Below, piece by piece: positions 46,039 to 56,371 of a stretch of DNA of 64,000 nucleotides. Positions within the stretch are counted from its first letter, which is position 1. Each line of letters opens with the position of its first letter. This DNA comes from Candidatus Caccoplasma merdavium (GTDB lineage Bacteria > Bacteroidota > Bacteroidia > Bacteroidales > UBA11471): assembly GCA_018715595.1 (NCBI GenBank), contig DVLI01000026.1, forward strand, positions 65,966 to 129,965. The letters are read 5' to 3'. The notes beneath the pieces were generated by a model. The model was not told the origin of the DNA, ran no database searches, and worked only from the letters and a program-made list of their open reading frames with translations. The translations under genes and the position numbers were made by a program.

Positions 46039-46635
46039 ATGAATAGAAACTTTTTCACTTTGACTGCCCTCTTCTTTTCGTTGTGCGCCTTAGTCGCTTG
46101 TAACGATAGTAAAACTTATATTGAATTGCGTGAAGAAGAAGACAATGCCATCGAAAAATATCTTACAAGCGACGGACGTTGGGTTGCCGACATTCCTGCC
46201 GATAGAAACTTCCTGACCGCCGAGAATAACGAGAATCCCCCTTACTATAAGTTGCCCGATGATGTGTATATGCAGATTCTCTCCATCGGTTATCTCGACT
46301 CGACCAAACAATTTTTCGTGGCCGACGACAAGGTCTATTTCCGATATACACGCATGAGTCTCACCGATTGGGCCGATGGCATCGTTTCCACTTCGGGTAA
46401 CATGAATGATGCCAGCGGTAGCAGCGACCAGTACTATTTTACCTACACCACGCAGGAAGGCTCCAATTATTCGATGTATTTCGAGTACGGATTGGGCATA
46501 GAGTATCCATTGAAGTATGTCGGCAATGGCGCTTTGCTTCGCTTGGTTGTCCCGTCGAAGATGGGATTTTCGAGTGAAATATCCAACGTCATTCCCTATT
46601 TATACACCATTAAGTACAACCTCAGAGAAAATTGA
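46039..46635 (+). CDS. hypothetical lipoprotein (possibly DUF4827 family)
   Basis: Lipobox CALVAC. 198 aa, wedged 8 bp after nrnA and 10 bp before glmM. The family name is from memory only. Confidence 0.6.
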   Translation: MNRNFFTLTALFFSLCALVACNDSKTYIELREEEDNAIEKYLTSDGRWVADIPADRNFLTAENNENPPYYKLPDDVYMQILSIGYLDSTKQFFVADDKVYFRYTRMSLTDWADGIVSTSGNMNDASGSSDQYYFTYTTQEGSNYSMYFEYGLGIEYPLKYVGNGALLRLVVPSKMGFSSEISNVIPYLYTIKYNLREN

Positions 46636-46645
46636 TGCAACGCCT

Positions 46646-48034
46646 ATGTCATTGATAAAATCTATTTCAGGAATCCGGGGAACCATCGGCGGCGTAGCCG
46701 GTGACGGATTGAATCCTCTCGATATTGTCAAATTTACGGCAGCCTATGCCACGTTCATTGCCCGCACGACAAAATTGCCGGTGCGTAGAATTGTCGTGGG
46801 CCGTGATGCCCGGGTATCGGGAGAAATGGTCGCCCATTGTGTGGTGGGTACTTTGGTGGGAATGGGTTTCGATGTCGTGGACTTGGGCCTTGCGACGACC
46901 CCCACAACCGAGCTTGCTGTCGTGTGGGAGGAGGCTTGTGGCGGCATTATCCTCACGGCAAGTCATAATCCCAAGCAATGGAATGCCTTGAAACTGCTCA
47001 ATGAACGGGGCGAATTTCTCAATGCCGAAGAAGGCAACGAAGTGCTGCGAATTGCAGAAGCCGAGGATTTTGTCTTTGCGGACATAGAAAACTTGGGACA
47101 TATAAAAGTAGATAATACGTCGATAAAGAGGCATATAGACAGTGTATTATCTCTCGATCTGGTCGATGTGGAGGCTATTAAGAATGCCCGTTTTTCAGTC
47201 GCTGTCGATTGTGTCAACTCTGTGGGAGGCATAGCCATACCGGCACTGCTCGAAGCTTTGGGGGTGCAGAAAATTACTCGACTTAATTGTCAGCCCGACG
47301 GACTTTTCCCACACAATCCCGAACCTCTTCCGCAGCACCTTACAGAAATATCGGACTTGATGAAGACGGGTGTCGCTGATGTCGGTTTCGTTGTCGACCC
47401 CGATGTCGACCGCTTGGCCATCATTTGTGAAAACGGAGATATGTTCGGCGAAGAGTACACGCTTGTGGCCGTTGCCGATTATGTGTTGCGCCATACGCCC
47501 GGTAACACGGTGTCGAACCTCAGTTCTTCGCGGGCCCTTCGCGATGTGACGCTTGCACTTGGCGGACAGTACCGTGCAGCTGCCGTGGGAGAAGTGAATG
47601 TCGTAGCAAAAATGAAGGAGACCGCTGCCGTCATCGGAGGTGAGGGTAATGGCGGTGTCATCTATCCTGCCTGTCACTATGGCCGCGATGCGTTGGTGGG
47701 GATTGCCCTTTTCTTGACACACTTGGCCAAAGAAAAGAAAACCGTGAGTCAGTTGCGGGCCACCTATCCTTCATACGCCATGACCAAACAACGCATCGAC
47801 CTCACACCCGCCATCGATGTAGATGCGTTGCTTTGTGCCGTGAAAGAAAAATATTCTTGTTATGAAGTTACTGATATTGATGGGGTGAAAATCGATTTCC
47901 CCGACGGTTGGGTACATCTGCGCAAGTCAAATACCGAACCGATCATCCGGGTATATGCCGAAGCGGCAACAACCGGGCAAGCCGAAGAAAAAGCCGCTGC
48001 CGTCATGGCCGTCATCAACGATATGATAAAGTAA
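46646..48034 (+). CDS. glmM: phosphoglucosamine mutase
   Basis: Trimmed to MSLIKSISGIRGTIGG, because the track ORF begins inside the preceding gene. Features are the phosphoserine loop TASHNP, the metal loop DPDVDR and GGEGNGG. Confidence 0.9.
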   Translation: MSLIKSISGIRGTIGGVAGDGLNPLDIVKFTAAYATFIARTTKLPVRRIVVGRDARVSGEMVAHCVVGTLVGMGFDVVDLGLATTPTTELAVVWEEACGGIILTASHNPKQWNALKLLNERGEFLNAEEGNEVLRIAEAEDFVFADIENLGHIKVDNTSIKRHIDSVLSLDLVDVEAIKNARFSVAVDCVNSVGGIAIPALLEALGVQKITRLNCQPDGLFPHNPEPLPQHLTEISDLMKTGVADVGFVVDPDVDRLAIICENGDMFGEEYTLVAVADYVLRHTPGNTVSNLSSSRALRDVTLALGGQYRAAAVGEVNVVAKMKETAAVIGGEGNGGVIYPACHYGRDALVGIALFLTHLAKEKKTVSQLRATYPSYAMTKQRIDLTPAIDVDALLCAVKEKYSCYEVTDIDGVKIDFPDGWVHLRKSNTEPIIRVYAEAATTGQAEEKAAAVMAVINDMIK

Positions 48035-48102
48035 TTCACGAGAATATCACACACCGTAATATACCATCTGAAAATAGCTGATACGCTCGTTATTCAATAT
48101 TT

Positions 48103-49299
48103 ATGGACTGGCTTCAACGTGAAATCGAACAACTCCTTTTAAAGCTCGACTGGGGGCCAACCGCTGTGGAGTGGGGGGCGCGCATCGTTTGGCTTGTCAT
48201 TATTTTTGTCATATCCATTCTGTTGGCAAAAATATTCCGACATTTCTTTATTCCGCTTTTGCAGCAATTGAGCCGTCGCACCAAAATGCAGTGGGACGAC
48301 CACCTCTTCAAAGATGAAGTCATGCACAAGGCCGCCCGCCTTATACCTCCGGTCGTGTGGTATCTGCTCCTGCCGATTGCTTTGGGAAGCCAGCCCCACC
48401 TCCTTGATATTTGCCTGCGGATTACCCAGATATATCTCATCGTCGTTTCAATGATGCTCATCAATGCCGTCATGGATACGCTATACAACATCTCCATCAT
48501 GAACGAGACTTTGCGTACCCGACCATTGAAAGGCGTCTATCAGATGGTGATTCTCATATCGGGTTGCATCGGTGTGATACTTATCATCAGTGTGCTCCTT
48601 GGCAAGAATGCCGCCACGATACTGGCCGGCTTGGGAGCTTCCGCTGCAATCCTCATGTTGATATTCAAAGACAGCATTTTGGGACTGGTGGCAGGCGTTC
48701 AACTCTCAGCCAATGACATGTTGCGTCCCGGTGACTGGATAACGATGGACAAGTATGGCGCCGACGGATATGTTACCGAAGTTACCCTCACGACGGTGAA
48801 GATACAGAACTTCGACAAAACCATCACGACCATACCGCCCTATGCGCTGGTCAGCGACTCGTTTCAGAACTGGCGCAGCATGTTCGACTGTGGAGGACGA
48901 CGCATCAAACGCTCTTTGCTCATCGATGCCCATACGGTGCGTTTCTGTACGCCCGAAGAGTGCCTCCGCTACAAAGAGCAACATTTGATTTCGGACGAAG
49001 ACGGCAAGGAGGATCGCCTGGTCAATTTGCAAGTGTATCGGAAGTATGTGATGAATTACCTCAAAAATTCGCCCTACGTTCATTGCGATTTTTTGCAGAT
49101 GGTGCGCATGCTGCAACCTACGGCCGAAGGGATTCCCATCGAGGTCTATTGTTTTACCAAGGAGACCAACTGGGTAAGTTATGAGACCCACCAAGGCGAA
49201 ATATTCGACCATCTTTTGGCTGTTTTGCCCGAGTTCGGTTTGCGCCTATTCCAGCGGCCTTCGGGTCTTGACCTGCAAGATTTGAGACCCGGCAAATGA
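48103..49299 (+). CDS. mechanosensitive ion channel family protein (MscS-like)
   Basis: N-terminal TM helices precede an MscS core (LAGLGASAAILMLIFKDSILGLVAGVQLSANDMLRPGDWITM...GYVTEVTLTTVKIQNFDKT). Confidence 0.85.
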   Translation: MDWLQREIEQLLLKLDWGPTAVEWGARIVWLVIIFVISILLAKIFRHFFIPLLQQLSRRTKMQWDDHLFKDEVMHKAARLIPPVVWYLLLPIALGSQPHLLDICLRITQIYLIVVSMMLINAVMDTLYNISIMNETLRTRPLKGVYQMVILISGCIGVILIISVLLGKNAATILAGLGASAAILMLIFKDSILGLVAGVQLSANDMLRPGDWITMDKYGADGYVTEVTLTTVKIQNFDKTITTIPPYALVSDSFQNWRSMFDCGGRRIKRSLLIDAHTVRFCTPEECLRYKEQHLISDEDGKEDRLVNLQVYRKYVMNYLKNSPYVHCDFLQMVRMLQPTAEGIPIEVYCFTKETNWVSYETHQGEIFDHLLAVLPEFGLRLFQRPSGLDLQDLRPGK

Positions 49300-49314
49300 T
49301 AAAGGGGGACACAA

Positions 49315-49357
49315 CGGGCACAGCGGCGATTCCGATGTGTATCTGCCCGCCTTTTTT
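49315..49357 (+). terminator. candidate terminator after the mscS-family gene
   Basis: CGGGCA...TGCCCG (alternatively GGCG...CGCC) followed by TTTTTT. The stem is short and the loop long. Confidence 0.4.
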
Positions 49358-49374
49358 ATTTCGCCATTTTATCG

Positions 49375-49382
49375 TATCTTTG
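49375..49382 (+). promoter_or_regulatory. -7 promoter box TATCTTTG (lepA)
   Basis: Matches TAnnTTTG, 28 bp upstream of the ATG at 49410. Confidence 0.45.
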
Positions 49383-49409
49383 TCCTGAAATCATCTTGAA
49401 CACAAGAGA

Positions 49410-51197
49410 ATGAAAAATATCCGCAATTTTTGCATCATAGCTCACATCGACCACGGTAAAAGTACCTTGGCCGACCGTCTGTTGGAATATACCCACACCA
49501 TTGCTCCCAAGGACTTGCAAGACCAAGTGCTCGACAATATGGATCTCGAAAGGGAGAGGGGCATCACAATCAAGAGTCATGCCATACAGATGGAGTATAA
49601 ATACAAGGGAGAGAATTATATCCTGAACCTGATTGATACTCCGGGGCATGTCGATTTTTCTTATGAAGTATCTCGCTCGATAGCAGCCTGCGAAGGGGCC
49701 TTGCTCATTGTCGATGCTTCCCAGGGCATACAGGCACAGACCATCTCGAATCTTTACATGGCCATAGAGAACGACCTCGAAATCATTCCGGTCATGAACA
49801 AAATCGACCTCGACAGTGCCATGCCCGATGAAGTCGAAGACCAGATCGTAGAGCTCCTGGGTTGCAAACGCGAAGAGATTCTGCGGGCCAGCGGCAAAAC
49901 CGGTCAGGGCGTGGAGGAGATACTCAATGCCATTGTCGAACGCGTGCCGGCTCCCGAAGGAGATCCCGAGGCTCCGTTGCAATGCTTGATATTCGACTCG
50001 GTGTTTAATTCCTTCCGTGGCATTATAGCCTACTTCAAGATTGTGAACGGGGTGATTCACACCGGCGACAAAGTGAAGTTCGTCGCTACCGGGAAAGAGT
50101 ATGAAGCCGATGAGGTCGGGGTGTTGAAACTCGACATGTCGCCGCGTAATGAACTGCGGACGGGAGACGTGGGATATATCATTTCGGGCATCAAGACCTC
50201 TCGTGAGGTGAAAGTCGGTGACACGATTACTCACATCGACCGCCCCTGTTCCGAAGCCATCGATGGTTTCGAAGAGGTGAAACCCATGGTTTTTGCAGGG
50301 GTTTATCCTATTGAGAGTGAGGATTTTGAAGATTTGCGTTCGTCCCTCGAAAAATTGCAGCTCAATGACGCTTCCCTCACGTTTCAGCCCGAGTCTTCGG
50401 TCGCACTCGGTTTCGGGTTCCGATGCGGATTCTTGGGGCTGCTGCACATGGAAATCATACAAGAACGTCTCGACCGGGAGTTTGACATGGACGTCATTAC
50501 AACCGTACCCAATGTTTCGTATAAGGTCTATGACAAGAAGGGCAACATGATAGAGGTGCACAATCCTTCGGGACTTCCCGATGTGACGCTGATCGACCAT
50601 ATCGAAGAACCCTATATCCGGGCTTCGGTCATAACAGCGTCTGATTACATCGGCCCCATCATGACGCTTTGTCTCGGTAAACGGGGAGAATTGATAAAAC
50701 AGGAATACATCTCGGGCAACCGGGTGGAACTGATATATGACCTGCCGCTGGGAGAGATTGTCATCGACTTCTATGATAAACTCAAAAGCATTTCCAAAGG
50801 TTACGCTTCGTTCGATTATCATTTACACGATTTCCGACCTTCCAAACTGGTCAAACTCGATATACTCCTCAACGGAGAATCGGTCGATGCCCTGTCGACC
50901 CTGACCCATGCCGACAATGCCGTGAGCTTCGGTCGCCGCATGTGCGAGAAACTCAAAGAACTGATACCCCGTCAGCAATTCGACATTGCCATACAAGCCG
51001 CCATCGGAGCCAAGATTATAGCCCGGGAAACGGTAAAAGCCGTGCGTAAAGATGTGACGGCCAAGTGTTATGGAGGTGACATAAGCCGTAAACGCAAATT
51101 GCTCGAAAAACAGAAAAAAGGAAAGAAGCGCATGAAGCAGATTGGTACGGTCGAAGTGCCTCAAAAGGCTTTCCTGGCCGTGTTGAAACTGGATTGA
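49410..51197 (+). CDS. lepA: translation elongation factor 4
   Basis: 595 aa with GTPase motifs [14 protein letters not shown] and NKID, plus the LepA-specific C-terminal domain. Confidence 0.96.
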   Translation: MKNIRNFCIIAHIDHGKSTLADRLLEYTHTIAPKDLQDQVLDNMDLERERGITIKSHAIQMEYKYKGENYILNLIDTPGHVDFSYEVSRSIAACEGALLIVDASQGIQAQTISNLYMAIENDLEIIPVMNKIDLDSAMPDEVEDQIVELLGCKREEILRASGKTGQGVEEILNAIVERVPAPEGDPEAPLQCLIFDSVFNSFRGIIAYFKIVNGVIHTGDKVKFVATGKEYEADEVGVLKLDMSPRNELRTGDVGYIISGIKTSREVKVGDTITHIDRPCSEAIDGFEEVKPMVFAGVYPIESEDFEDLRSSLEKLQLNDASLTFQPESSVALGFGFRCGFLGLLHMEIIQERLDREFDMDVITTVPNVSYKVYDKKGNMIEVHNPSGLPDVTLIDHIEEPYIRASVITASDYIGPIMTLCLGKRGELIKQEYISGNRVELIYDLPLGEIVIDFYDKLKSISKGYASFDYHLHDFRPSKLVKLDILLNGESVDALSTLTHADNAVSFGRRMCEKLKELIPRQQFDIAIQAAIGAKIIARETVKAVRKDVTAKCYGGDISRKRKLLEKQKKGKKRMKQIGTVEVPQKAFLAVLKLD

Positions 51198-51206
51198 TTC
51201 CGGCTT

Positions 51207-51242
51207 GTCTGCAAACAAATCGTTTGCAGACTTGTTTTTTTT
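51207..51242 (+). terminator. intrinsic terminator after lepA
   Basis: GTCTGCAAAC-AAATC-GTTTGCAGAC followed by TTGTTTTTTTT. Confidence 0.85.
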
Positions 51243-51262
51243 AATCGAGAAAATGTTCCGAT

Positions 51263-52612
51263 ATGATAGATCGTATATACGCCCTGCGCAAGTCGTTGCA
51301 TAACTATGCCAACGGGGGTTATGTCTTGATTGCCGTTACGGTATTGGCCATGATAGTTGCCAACAGTCCGTTGCAAAATCTTTATTTCTCGTGGTGGCAA
51401 CAACCGGTCTTGTTGCAAATCGGGAATTTCAATCTTTTTGAACACCACGGACACCCCATGACCCTGATGCAGGTCATCAACGATGCCTTGATGGCCATAT
51501 TCTTTTTCTCGGTAGGTTTGGAAATAAAGCGTGAGGTCCTCGTCGGGGAGTTGTCATCGATAAAGAAAGCCCTCTTGCCCGTTATCGCCGCCGTGGGCGG
51601 TATCGTATTGCCGATAACGATATATCGTCTCTTATCGGCCGATGATGCCCTTTTACAAGGAAGTGCCATACCCATGGCCACCGACATTGCCTTTTCGTTG
51701 GGCATATTGAGTATGTTCGGGAAACGTGTCCCCATCGGACTGAAAATATTTTTAGCCACCTTGGCCGTCGCCGACGATATAGGCGGCATTTTGGTCATAG
51801 CCATCTTCTATACCGAGGAACTCTCGGCGGTGTGGCTACTCTATTCGGCCATTGTGTTGGCCCTGCTTTTGCTGGGGTCTCGTCTGCATATCAACAGTAA
51901 ACTGTTCTATGTCATCGGAGCCGTTGCCGTATGGTACTTTTTCCTTCATTCGGGCATACACCCGACGATAGCGGGAGTTTTGGCCGCCTTTTGCGTACCC
52001 GCCCACCCGGTAATGAATACGCGGCATTTTATCGATGAGATATGTGATGCCGTGAAAGATTTCCCGCAGGCAAAACCGGTAAAACGCGGTGAAACTTATA
52101 TTCTCTCGACCGAGCAGTTGAATGCCCTGAAAAGTGTGGAATCGGCATCGGACAAGGTGATAAGCCCCTTGCAAGACTTGGAAGACACCTTGCACCCGCT
52201 TGTCAATTATCTCATCATACCCCTCTTTGCGTTTGCCAATGCCGGCATTTCCTTGTCTCACATCGCATTCTCTTCGTTGTTCCAAGGCATCAGCCTTTCG
52301 ATATGGGTGGCCTTGGTAGCCGGGAAGTTCTTGGGCATCTTCCTTTTTTCCTACATTCCGGTGGCGTTGGGGTGGGTGAGACGACCCGATATTGTTACCT
52401 GGCCTATGATTGCCGGCGTATCGGCATTGGGCGGCATCGGCTTTACGGTATCCCTGTTTATAGCCAATCTTTCTTTCCCGGTCGATGATGTCACCAACTT
52501 GCTTTTGCTGAACCAGGCCAAACTCGGTATCTTGGTCGGTTCGCTGTTGTCGGGGGTCATCGGGTATTTCATTCTTTCGTTTTCTCTTCCTCGAAAAGCG
52601 GTTCAAGAATAA
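51263..52612 (+). CDS. nhaA: Na+/H+ antiporter NhaA
   Basis: 449-aa polytopic protein with NDALMAIFFFSVGLEIKRE and LAVADDIGGILVIAIFY, the NhaA signature with the DD pair. Confidence 0.9.
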   Translation: MIDRIYALRKSLHNYANGGYVLIAVTVLAMIVANSPLQNLYFSWWQQPVLLQIGNFNLFEHHGHPMTLMQVINDALMAIFFFSVGLEIKREVLVGELSSIKKALLPVIAAVGGIVLPITIYRLLSADDALLQGSAIPMATDIAFSLGILSMFGKRVPIGLKIFLATLAVADDIGGILVIAIFYTEELSAVWLLYSAIVLALLLLGSRLHINSKLFYVIGAVAVWYFFLHSGIHPTIAGVLAAFCVPAHPVMNTRHFIDEICDAVKDFPQAKPVKRGETYILSTEQLNALKSVESASDKVISPLQDLEDTLHPLVNYLIIPLFAFANAGISLSHIAFSSLFQGISLSIWVALVAGKFLGIFLFSYIPVALGWVRRPDIVTWPMIAGVSALGGIGFTVSLFIANLSFPVDDVTNLLLLNQAKLGILVGSLLSGVIGYFILSFSLPRKAVQE

Positions 52613-52626
52613 ACCTTTTTCGCTGT

Positions 52627-52655
52627 GGGGGTGTTTCATGCATAGAAAACACCCC
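52627..52655 (+). terminator. hairpin after nhaA (weak terminator candidate)
   Basis: GGGGTGTTTC-ATGCATA-GAAAACACCCC has one bulge and no T run, and abuts the next ATG. Confidence 0.3.
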
Positions 52656-52657
52656 TT

Positions 52658-53593
52658 ATGATTCTCATTACCGATGTTGTAAATTCACCTGTGGGCTATG
52701 CCTTGCTGCATCTCATTTTGTCGCAGAAAGGGCATGAACCCGTGCGGGTTATGGCTACCTCGCATGACCATTTGAGTCAGGAGGAGGGCTTTGAGCCGAT
52801 AGTTGCCTCTTATTATGATTTGCCCTCTCTCGACCGGGCATTGAAAGGTGTGGACACGCTATTGATAAGCACATTCAATCTCTTTGCCGACTATCGATCG
52901 GGATATGTAAATCTGCTGCACGAAGCGGCTGAGGTCGGTGTAAAGAAGATTCTTTTTATCAGCTCGGTCGGACGAAGCGACTCGGTGTCGTTGCCGATGC
53001 AGGAAAATCGGGAGACCGAAATGTGCATACGGGCGTGCGGCATACCTTATGTCATTTTCAGGGTAAATATCCTGATGGAGAATCTGCCGCTTTTTATCGG
53101 GACGGACCAGCAGCATGGAATTTATTATCCGGCAGGAAACGGGCGGGTGGCATTTGTCTCGGTGCATGATGTGGCCGATGCGATATTCCCGTTTGTTTCG
53201 GGTTGCACTACGATGGAGAACCGGGTCTATACGCTGAGCCACGAAGTGACCTATTCATTTCAGGATATTGCCGTGAAACTCTCTCCTTACTATGCGGGCG
53301 GTGTCCGATACGAATCGGTCGACATGTCGCTATATCGGGCTTCTTTGTCGCAGTTGAAACTGCCCGACGACACGGTCGTGCGTCTTTGTTCGGTTGCCAA
53401 AGCCATATCGATGAATAGTTATGACCTTAGTGATTATACCCTGAAAAAGCTGCTTGGCCGTCATGCCCGGGAAGCACAGTTGCAACAGCGCATACGTCAC
53501 TGGTTTTCACAAAAGGAGAGTGCCCCGTTGTTGTTCGGCGGTCAGTTGACGATGCTCGGCGACTACTTGCGCGGAATGCACAATCGTTTATAG
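52658..53593 (+). CDS. NmrA-like / atypical SDR family protein with degenerate dinucleotide-binding loop
   Basis: 311 aa with the overall NmrA/SDR_a5-like layout. The N-terminus reads MILITDVVNSPVGYALL where GATGxxG is expected. Confidence 0.55.
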   Translation: MILITDVVNSPVGYALLHLILSQKGHEPVRVMATSHDHLSQEEGFEPIVASYYDLPSLDRALKGVDTLLISTFNLFADYRSGYVNLLHEAAEVGVKKILFISSVGRSDSVSLPMQENRETEMCIRACGIPYVIFRVNILMENLPLFIGTDQQHGIYYPAGNGRVAFVSVHDVADAIFPFVSGCTTMENRVYTLSHEVTYSFQDIAVKLSPYYAGGVRYESVDMSLYRASLSQLKLPDDTVVRLCSVAKAISMNSYDLSDYTLKKLLGRHAREAQLQQRIRHWFSQKESAPLLFGGQLTMLGDYLRGMHNRL

Positions 53594-55003
53594 CAACAGG
53601 TTTACCGAGGCTCCCAATGTGAAAAACGACAGATTCTTGTTGACACGGTTGATTGCGTCGGGTTTGTCGGCAAAATAATACCGATAACGAGTAGGTGTGA
53701 TGGAATAATCAAAGAAGAGCCGGAACCCCAATTTCAATTTGGCCCAATAGGAGATACTCAGTCCGGTTTGGAAATCGGGCGCATGCATTTCTTTCAGTTT
53801 GAGAAACGGCGTCACTGTTTCTCCATTATCCGGCGTCAGATAGATAGTCTGGACGTCGGAAAAAGCATATCCGGCCAATAACTTGCCACCCAGCGATAAA
53901 CGATAAGTCAGGGCACAGTCGAAATAGGCTCCGACCGAAGCCGAAATAAAATCCATGCCGTTTTCGGTTATGGCTGTGTTGGGATTGGTCAGATAGGAAG
54001 CCAAAGAGGCATCTCTCTGTAATTGCGTCGGGACGTGGCTGGCAACGGCTTTACCTCCGACTCCCACATAGTTGTTGATGAACCATGCCCCTTCGACTCC
54101 CGAACTTGCTCCGGGCGAGGTGTGGAAGACCAAACCGTCGGAGAGCCTTATTTCATGGGCCATGAACACATAGCCGGTATATAGTCCGATGAAAGAGGGG
54201 GTACGGTCGGGGAAAGTCGTATCATAGTCGTATTTGTCATATTCTATACCTTTGTCTTTGAATATCAGTCCGGCAAGCCAGTATCCCAATTCGGTCGACA
54301 GGATACCGATGCCGGCACCTGCCAAGACGTCCGAAATCCAATGCCGGTTGTTGAGCAGTCGGGAGTAAGCGGTAGCCGTGGCCAATGTATATCCGGCCAC
54401 GCTGTACCACGGACTGCGCATGCCGTATTCCTTATGGAGCATGGTGGCGGCCATGAATGCCGTGGCCGTGTGCCCCGACGGGAAAGAGTTGTGACTTCCC
54501 GAGTTGGGACGCGGCGACTTGACCGTGTATTTGAGGCCGTTGACCAAAGTGGCCATGATGGCGACGGAGAATGCGTCGGCCGTGAGCATGCGCCCCCACG
54601 AACTGTAACTTTTTACCCCGCCTATTTTCAACCCGAGCATGAGTGCGGCCGGGGCATATTGCAGGTAGTCGTCGTATTTATACCGGAAAGTGGGTATATA
54701 GGCGTTACGCAGGTCGTTGATCGGTTGTTTGGCCCATTCAAAGGCAACGCCGCTTACCATTAGAGGTACGGCGATATGTGTCATTTTAAACCACCCTTTC
54801 GATGTCATGCCATCAAGTTTCCGTTGATGTTTTCCGTCGAAGAGCGGGCGGTAGTAAAGTTTGTTGCCTGCGGGTGCATCGATAGAAAAACGGCTCGGGA
54901 CTGCATGACTTGTGCTATCGACTTTGGAGCATCTTCCGGCTTGTACGGTATTTGTTGCCGACAAGACTCCTGTGATGAGCAATGTTAAGACGAGTTTCTG
55001 CAT
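53588..55003 (-). CDS. PAP2-family phosphatase fused to a beta-strand-rich C-terminal domain
   Basis: Trimmed to MQKLVLTLLITGVLSATNTVQA (signal peptide). The three PAP2 motifs are KYTVKSPRP, PSGH and SRLLNNRHWISD. The C-terminal ~200 aa show alternating hydrophobic patterns and end in FFTLGASVNLLL. Confidence 0.75.
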   Translation of the reverse strand: MQKLVLTLLITGVLSATNTVQAGRCSKVDSTSHAVPSRFSIDAPAGNKLYYRPLFDGKHQRKLDGMTSKGWFKMTHIAVPLMVSGVAFEWAKQPINDLRNAYIPTFRYKYDDYLQYAPAALMLGLKIGGVKSYSSWGRMLTADAFSVAIMATLVNGLKYTVKSPRPNSGSHNSFPSGHTATAFMAATMLHKEYGMRSPWYSVAGYTLATATAYSRLLNNRHWISDVLAGAGIGILSTELGYWLAGLIFKDKGIEYDKYDYDTTFPDRTPSFIGLYTGYVFMAHEIRLSDGLVFHTSPGASSGVEGAWFINNYVGVGGKAVASHVPTQLQRDASLASYLTNPNTAITENGMDFISASVGAYFDCALTYRLSLGGKLLAGYAFSDVQTIYLTPDNGETVTPFLKLKEMHAPDFQTGLSISYWAKLKLGFRLFFDYSITPTRYRYYFADKPDAINRVNKNLSFFTLGASVNLLL

Positions 55004-55155
55004 AGAAAAGATATTTGGCAGACAAAGTAAAGATTTTTTACTGAAAAAAAGTGCTTGTACGTGAACAAAACAATCTGTTCGGTTGTTTATAGATAGGAGA
55101 GGGCAGATATAGAGCTCCATTTTTATTCCTTTTCTTTATTGCTCAATAGCAGTCT

Positions 55156-56070
55156 CTATATCTGCCCTTTTATTTCTTGGGCAATTTTTTTGCTTAATAC
55201 GTCAAAAGATTCTTTCCCGTCGACCCAATGTATGGTAAATCCGCGCCGTTCCATGCCCCGGAACCAGGTCATCTGACGCTTGGCAAATTGGTGAATGGCG
55301 ATTTCCAGGAGCGACGTCATTTCGTCGAAGGAGTATTTGCCCAAAATGTATTCAGTCAGATATTTATATTCGAGGCCATAGTAAATCAGGTCTTCCGCGG
55401 GAATCCCCTCGTCGAGAAGGCTCCTTACTTCATCGACCATGTCGGCATCGAGACGTGCCCTGAGGCGGGCGGAAATGCGTTTGCGGCGCAGTTCCCTGTC
55501 GATGTCTATACCGATAATATAGCTGTCGAGAGGCGAGTCCTGACGGCTTTCGGGTGGAAGAGTTTTGTAGTATTCGGCAATTTCGATGGCTCGAATGGCC
55601 CGTTTTGTCGTGTCTATGTCGGTCTTGTTATGCAATACCTTGTAAGTCTTGAGTATGGCTTCAAGTTCTGAAAGCGATTTGTTGGCAAGCGATTCGCGCA
55701 AAGGCTTGTTCTCGGGAACCATGGGCATGCTGTACCCTTTGAGCACGGTTTCGATATAAAGGCCCGTACCGCCGCACAGGAGGGGTATCTTATGCCGGTT
55801 GCGAATGTCGTTGTAGGCCGCATTGAAATCGCGTTGATATTCGTAGAGGTTGTATTTATATCCCGGTTCACAAATATCTATGAGATGGTAGGGTATGGGG
55901 TGTCCGTTTACCGAATACTCTTCCAGGTCTTTTCCCGTCCCGATGTTCATTCTCCGGTATATTTGCCGGGAGTCGGCACTGATGATTTCTGCTTGTAAAA
56001 TATCTGCGAGTAATACGGCCAAAGCCGTTTTGCCCGAAGCGGTGGGGCCTAAAAGCGTTATGAGGTCCAT
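55156..56070 (-). CDS. miaA: tRNA dimethylallyltransferase
   Basis: Trimmed to MDLITLLGPTASGKTALAV (P-loop). SADSRQIYRRMNIGTGK and LCGGTGLY are present. Confidence 0.92.
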   Translation of the reverse strand: MDLITLLGPTASGKTALAVLLADILQAEIISADSRQIYRRMNIGTGKDLEEYSVNGHPIPYHLIDICEPGYKYNLYEYQRDFNAAYNDIRNRHKIPLLCGGTGLYIETVLKGYSMPMVPENKPLRESLANKSLSELEAILKTYKVLHNKTDIDTTKRAIRAIEIAEYYKTLPPESRQDSPLDSYIIGIDIDRELRRKRISARLRARLDADMVDEVRSLLDEGIPAEDLIYYGLEYKYLTEYILGKYSFDEMTSLLEIAIHQFAKRQMTWFRGMERRGFTIHWVDGKESFDVLSKKIAQEIKGQI

Positions 56071-56086
56071 ATTTGCATATTTGTGG

Positions 56087-56094
56087 CAAAAGTA
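56087..56094 (-). promoter_or_regulatory. -7 promoter box TACTTTTG (miaA)
   Basis: The reverse complement of caaaagta lies 17 bp upstream of the ATG at 56070. Confidence 0.4.
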
Positions 56095-56291
56095 GTGCAT
56101 ATTTGTCATATTTGTGGCGATTTGTCTTGAAAAAAGTGATGGCTGTTTTTCTTGTATTAAAATGCGTTTTTGACATCTATGTATTTAAAAAATAGTCATA
56201 TAGAATTTTATTTTATCCAAAAAAGTTCATACATCATAAAAAATTTTTTGATAAAACTTTCGATTCGATTTTTTTATCATTAATTTATATA

Positions 56292-56299
56292 TAACTTTG
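56292..56299 (+). promoter_or_regulatory. -7 promoter box TAACTTTG (susC-like operon)
   Basis: Matches TAnnTTTG in the AT-rich divergent region, 73 bp upstream of the ATG at 56372. Confidence 0.4.
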
Positions 56300-56371
56300 C
56301 CACGATAAAGACTCTTTAAGTGAAACCTAATAACCGTTGTCTGTTAGCAGATGATGGAGTGTATGAGTGCT

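Noticed and set aside
56213-56254. Imperfect inverted repeat (TTATCCAAAAAA ... TTTTTTGATAA) upstream of the susC-like gene, considered as an invertible promoter. The first arm is also an 8/9 DnaA-box match.
   Set aside because: The arms are almost pure A/T homopolymer in an AT-rich region, only ~20 bp apart and too close to flank a promoter. No recombinase gene is nearby. A single degenerate DnaA-like 9-mer is expected by chance.
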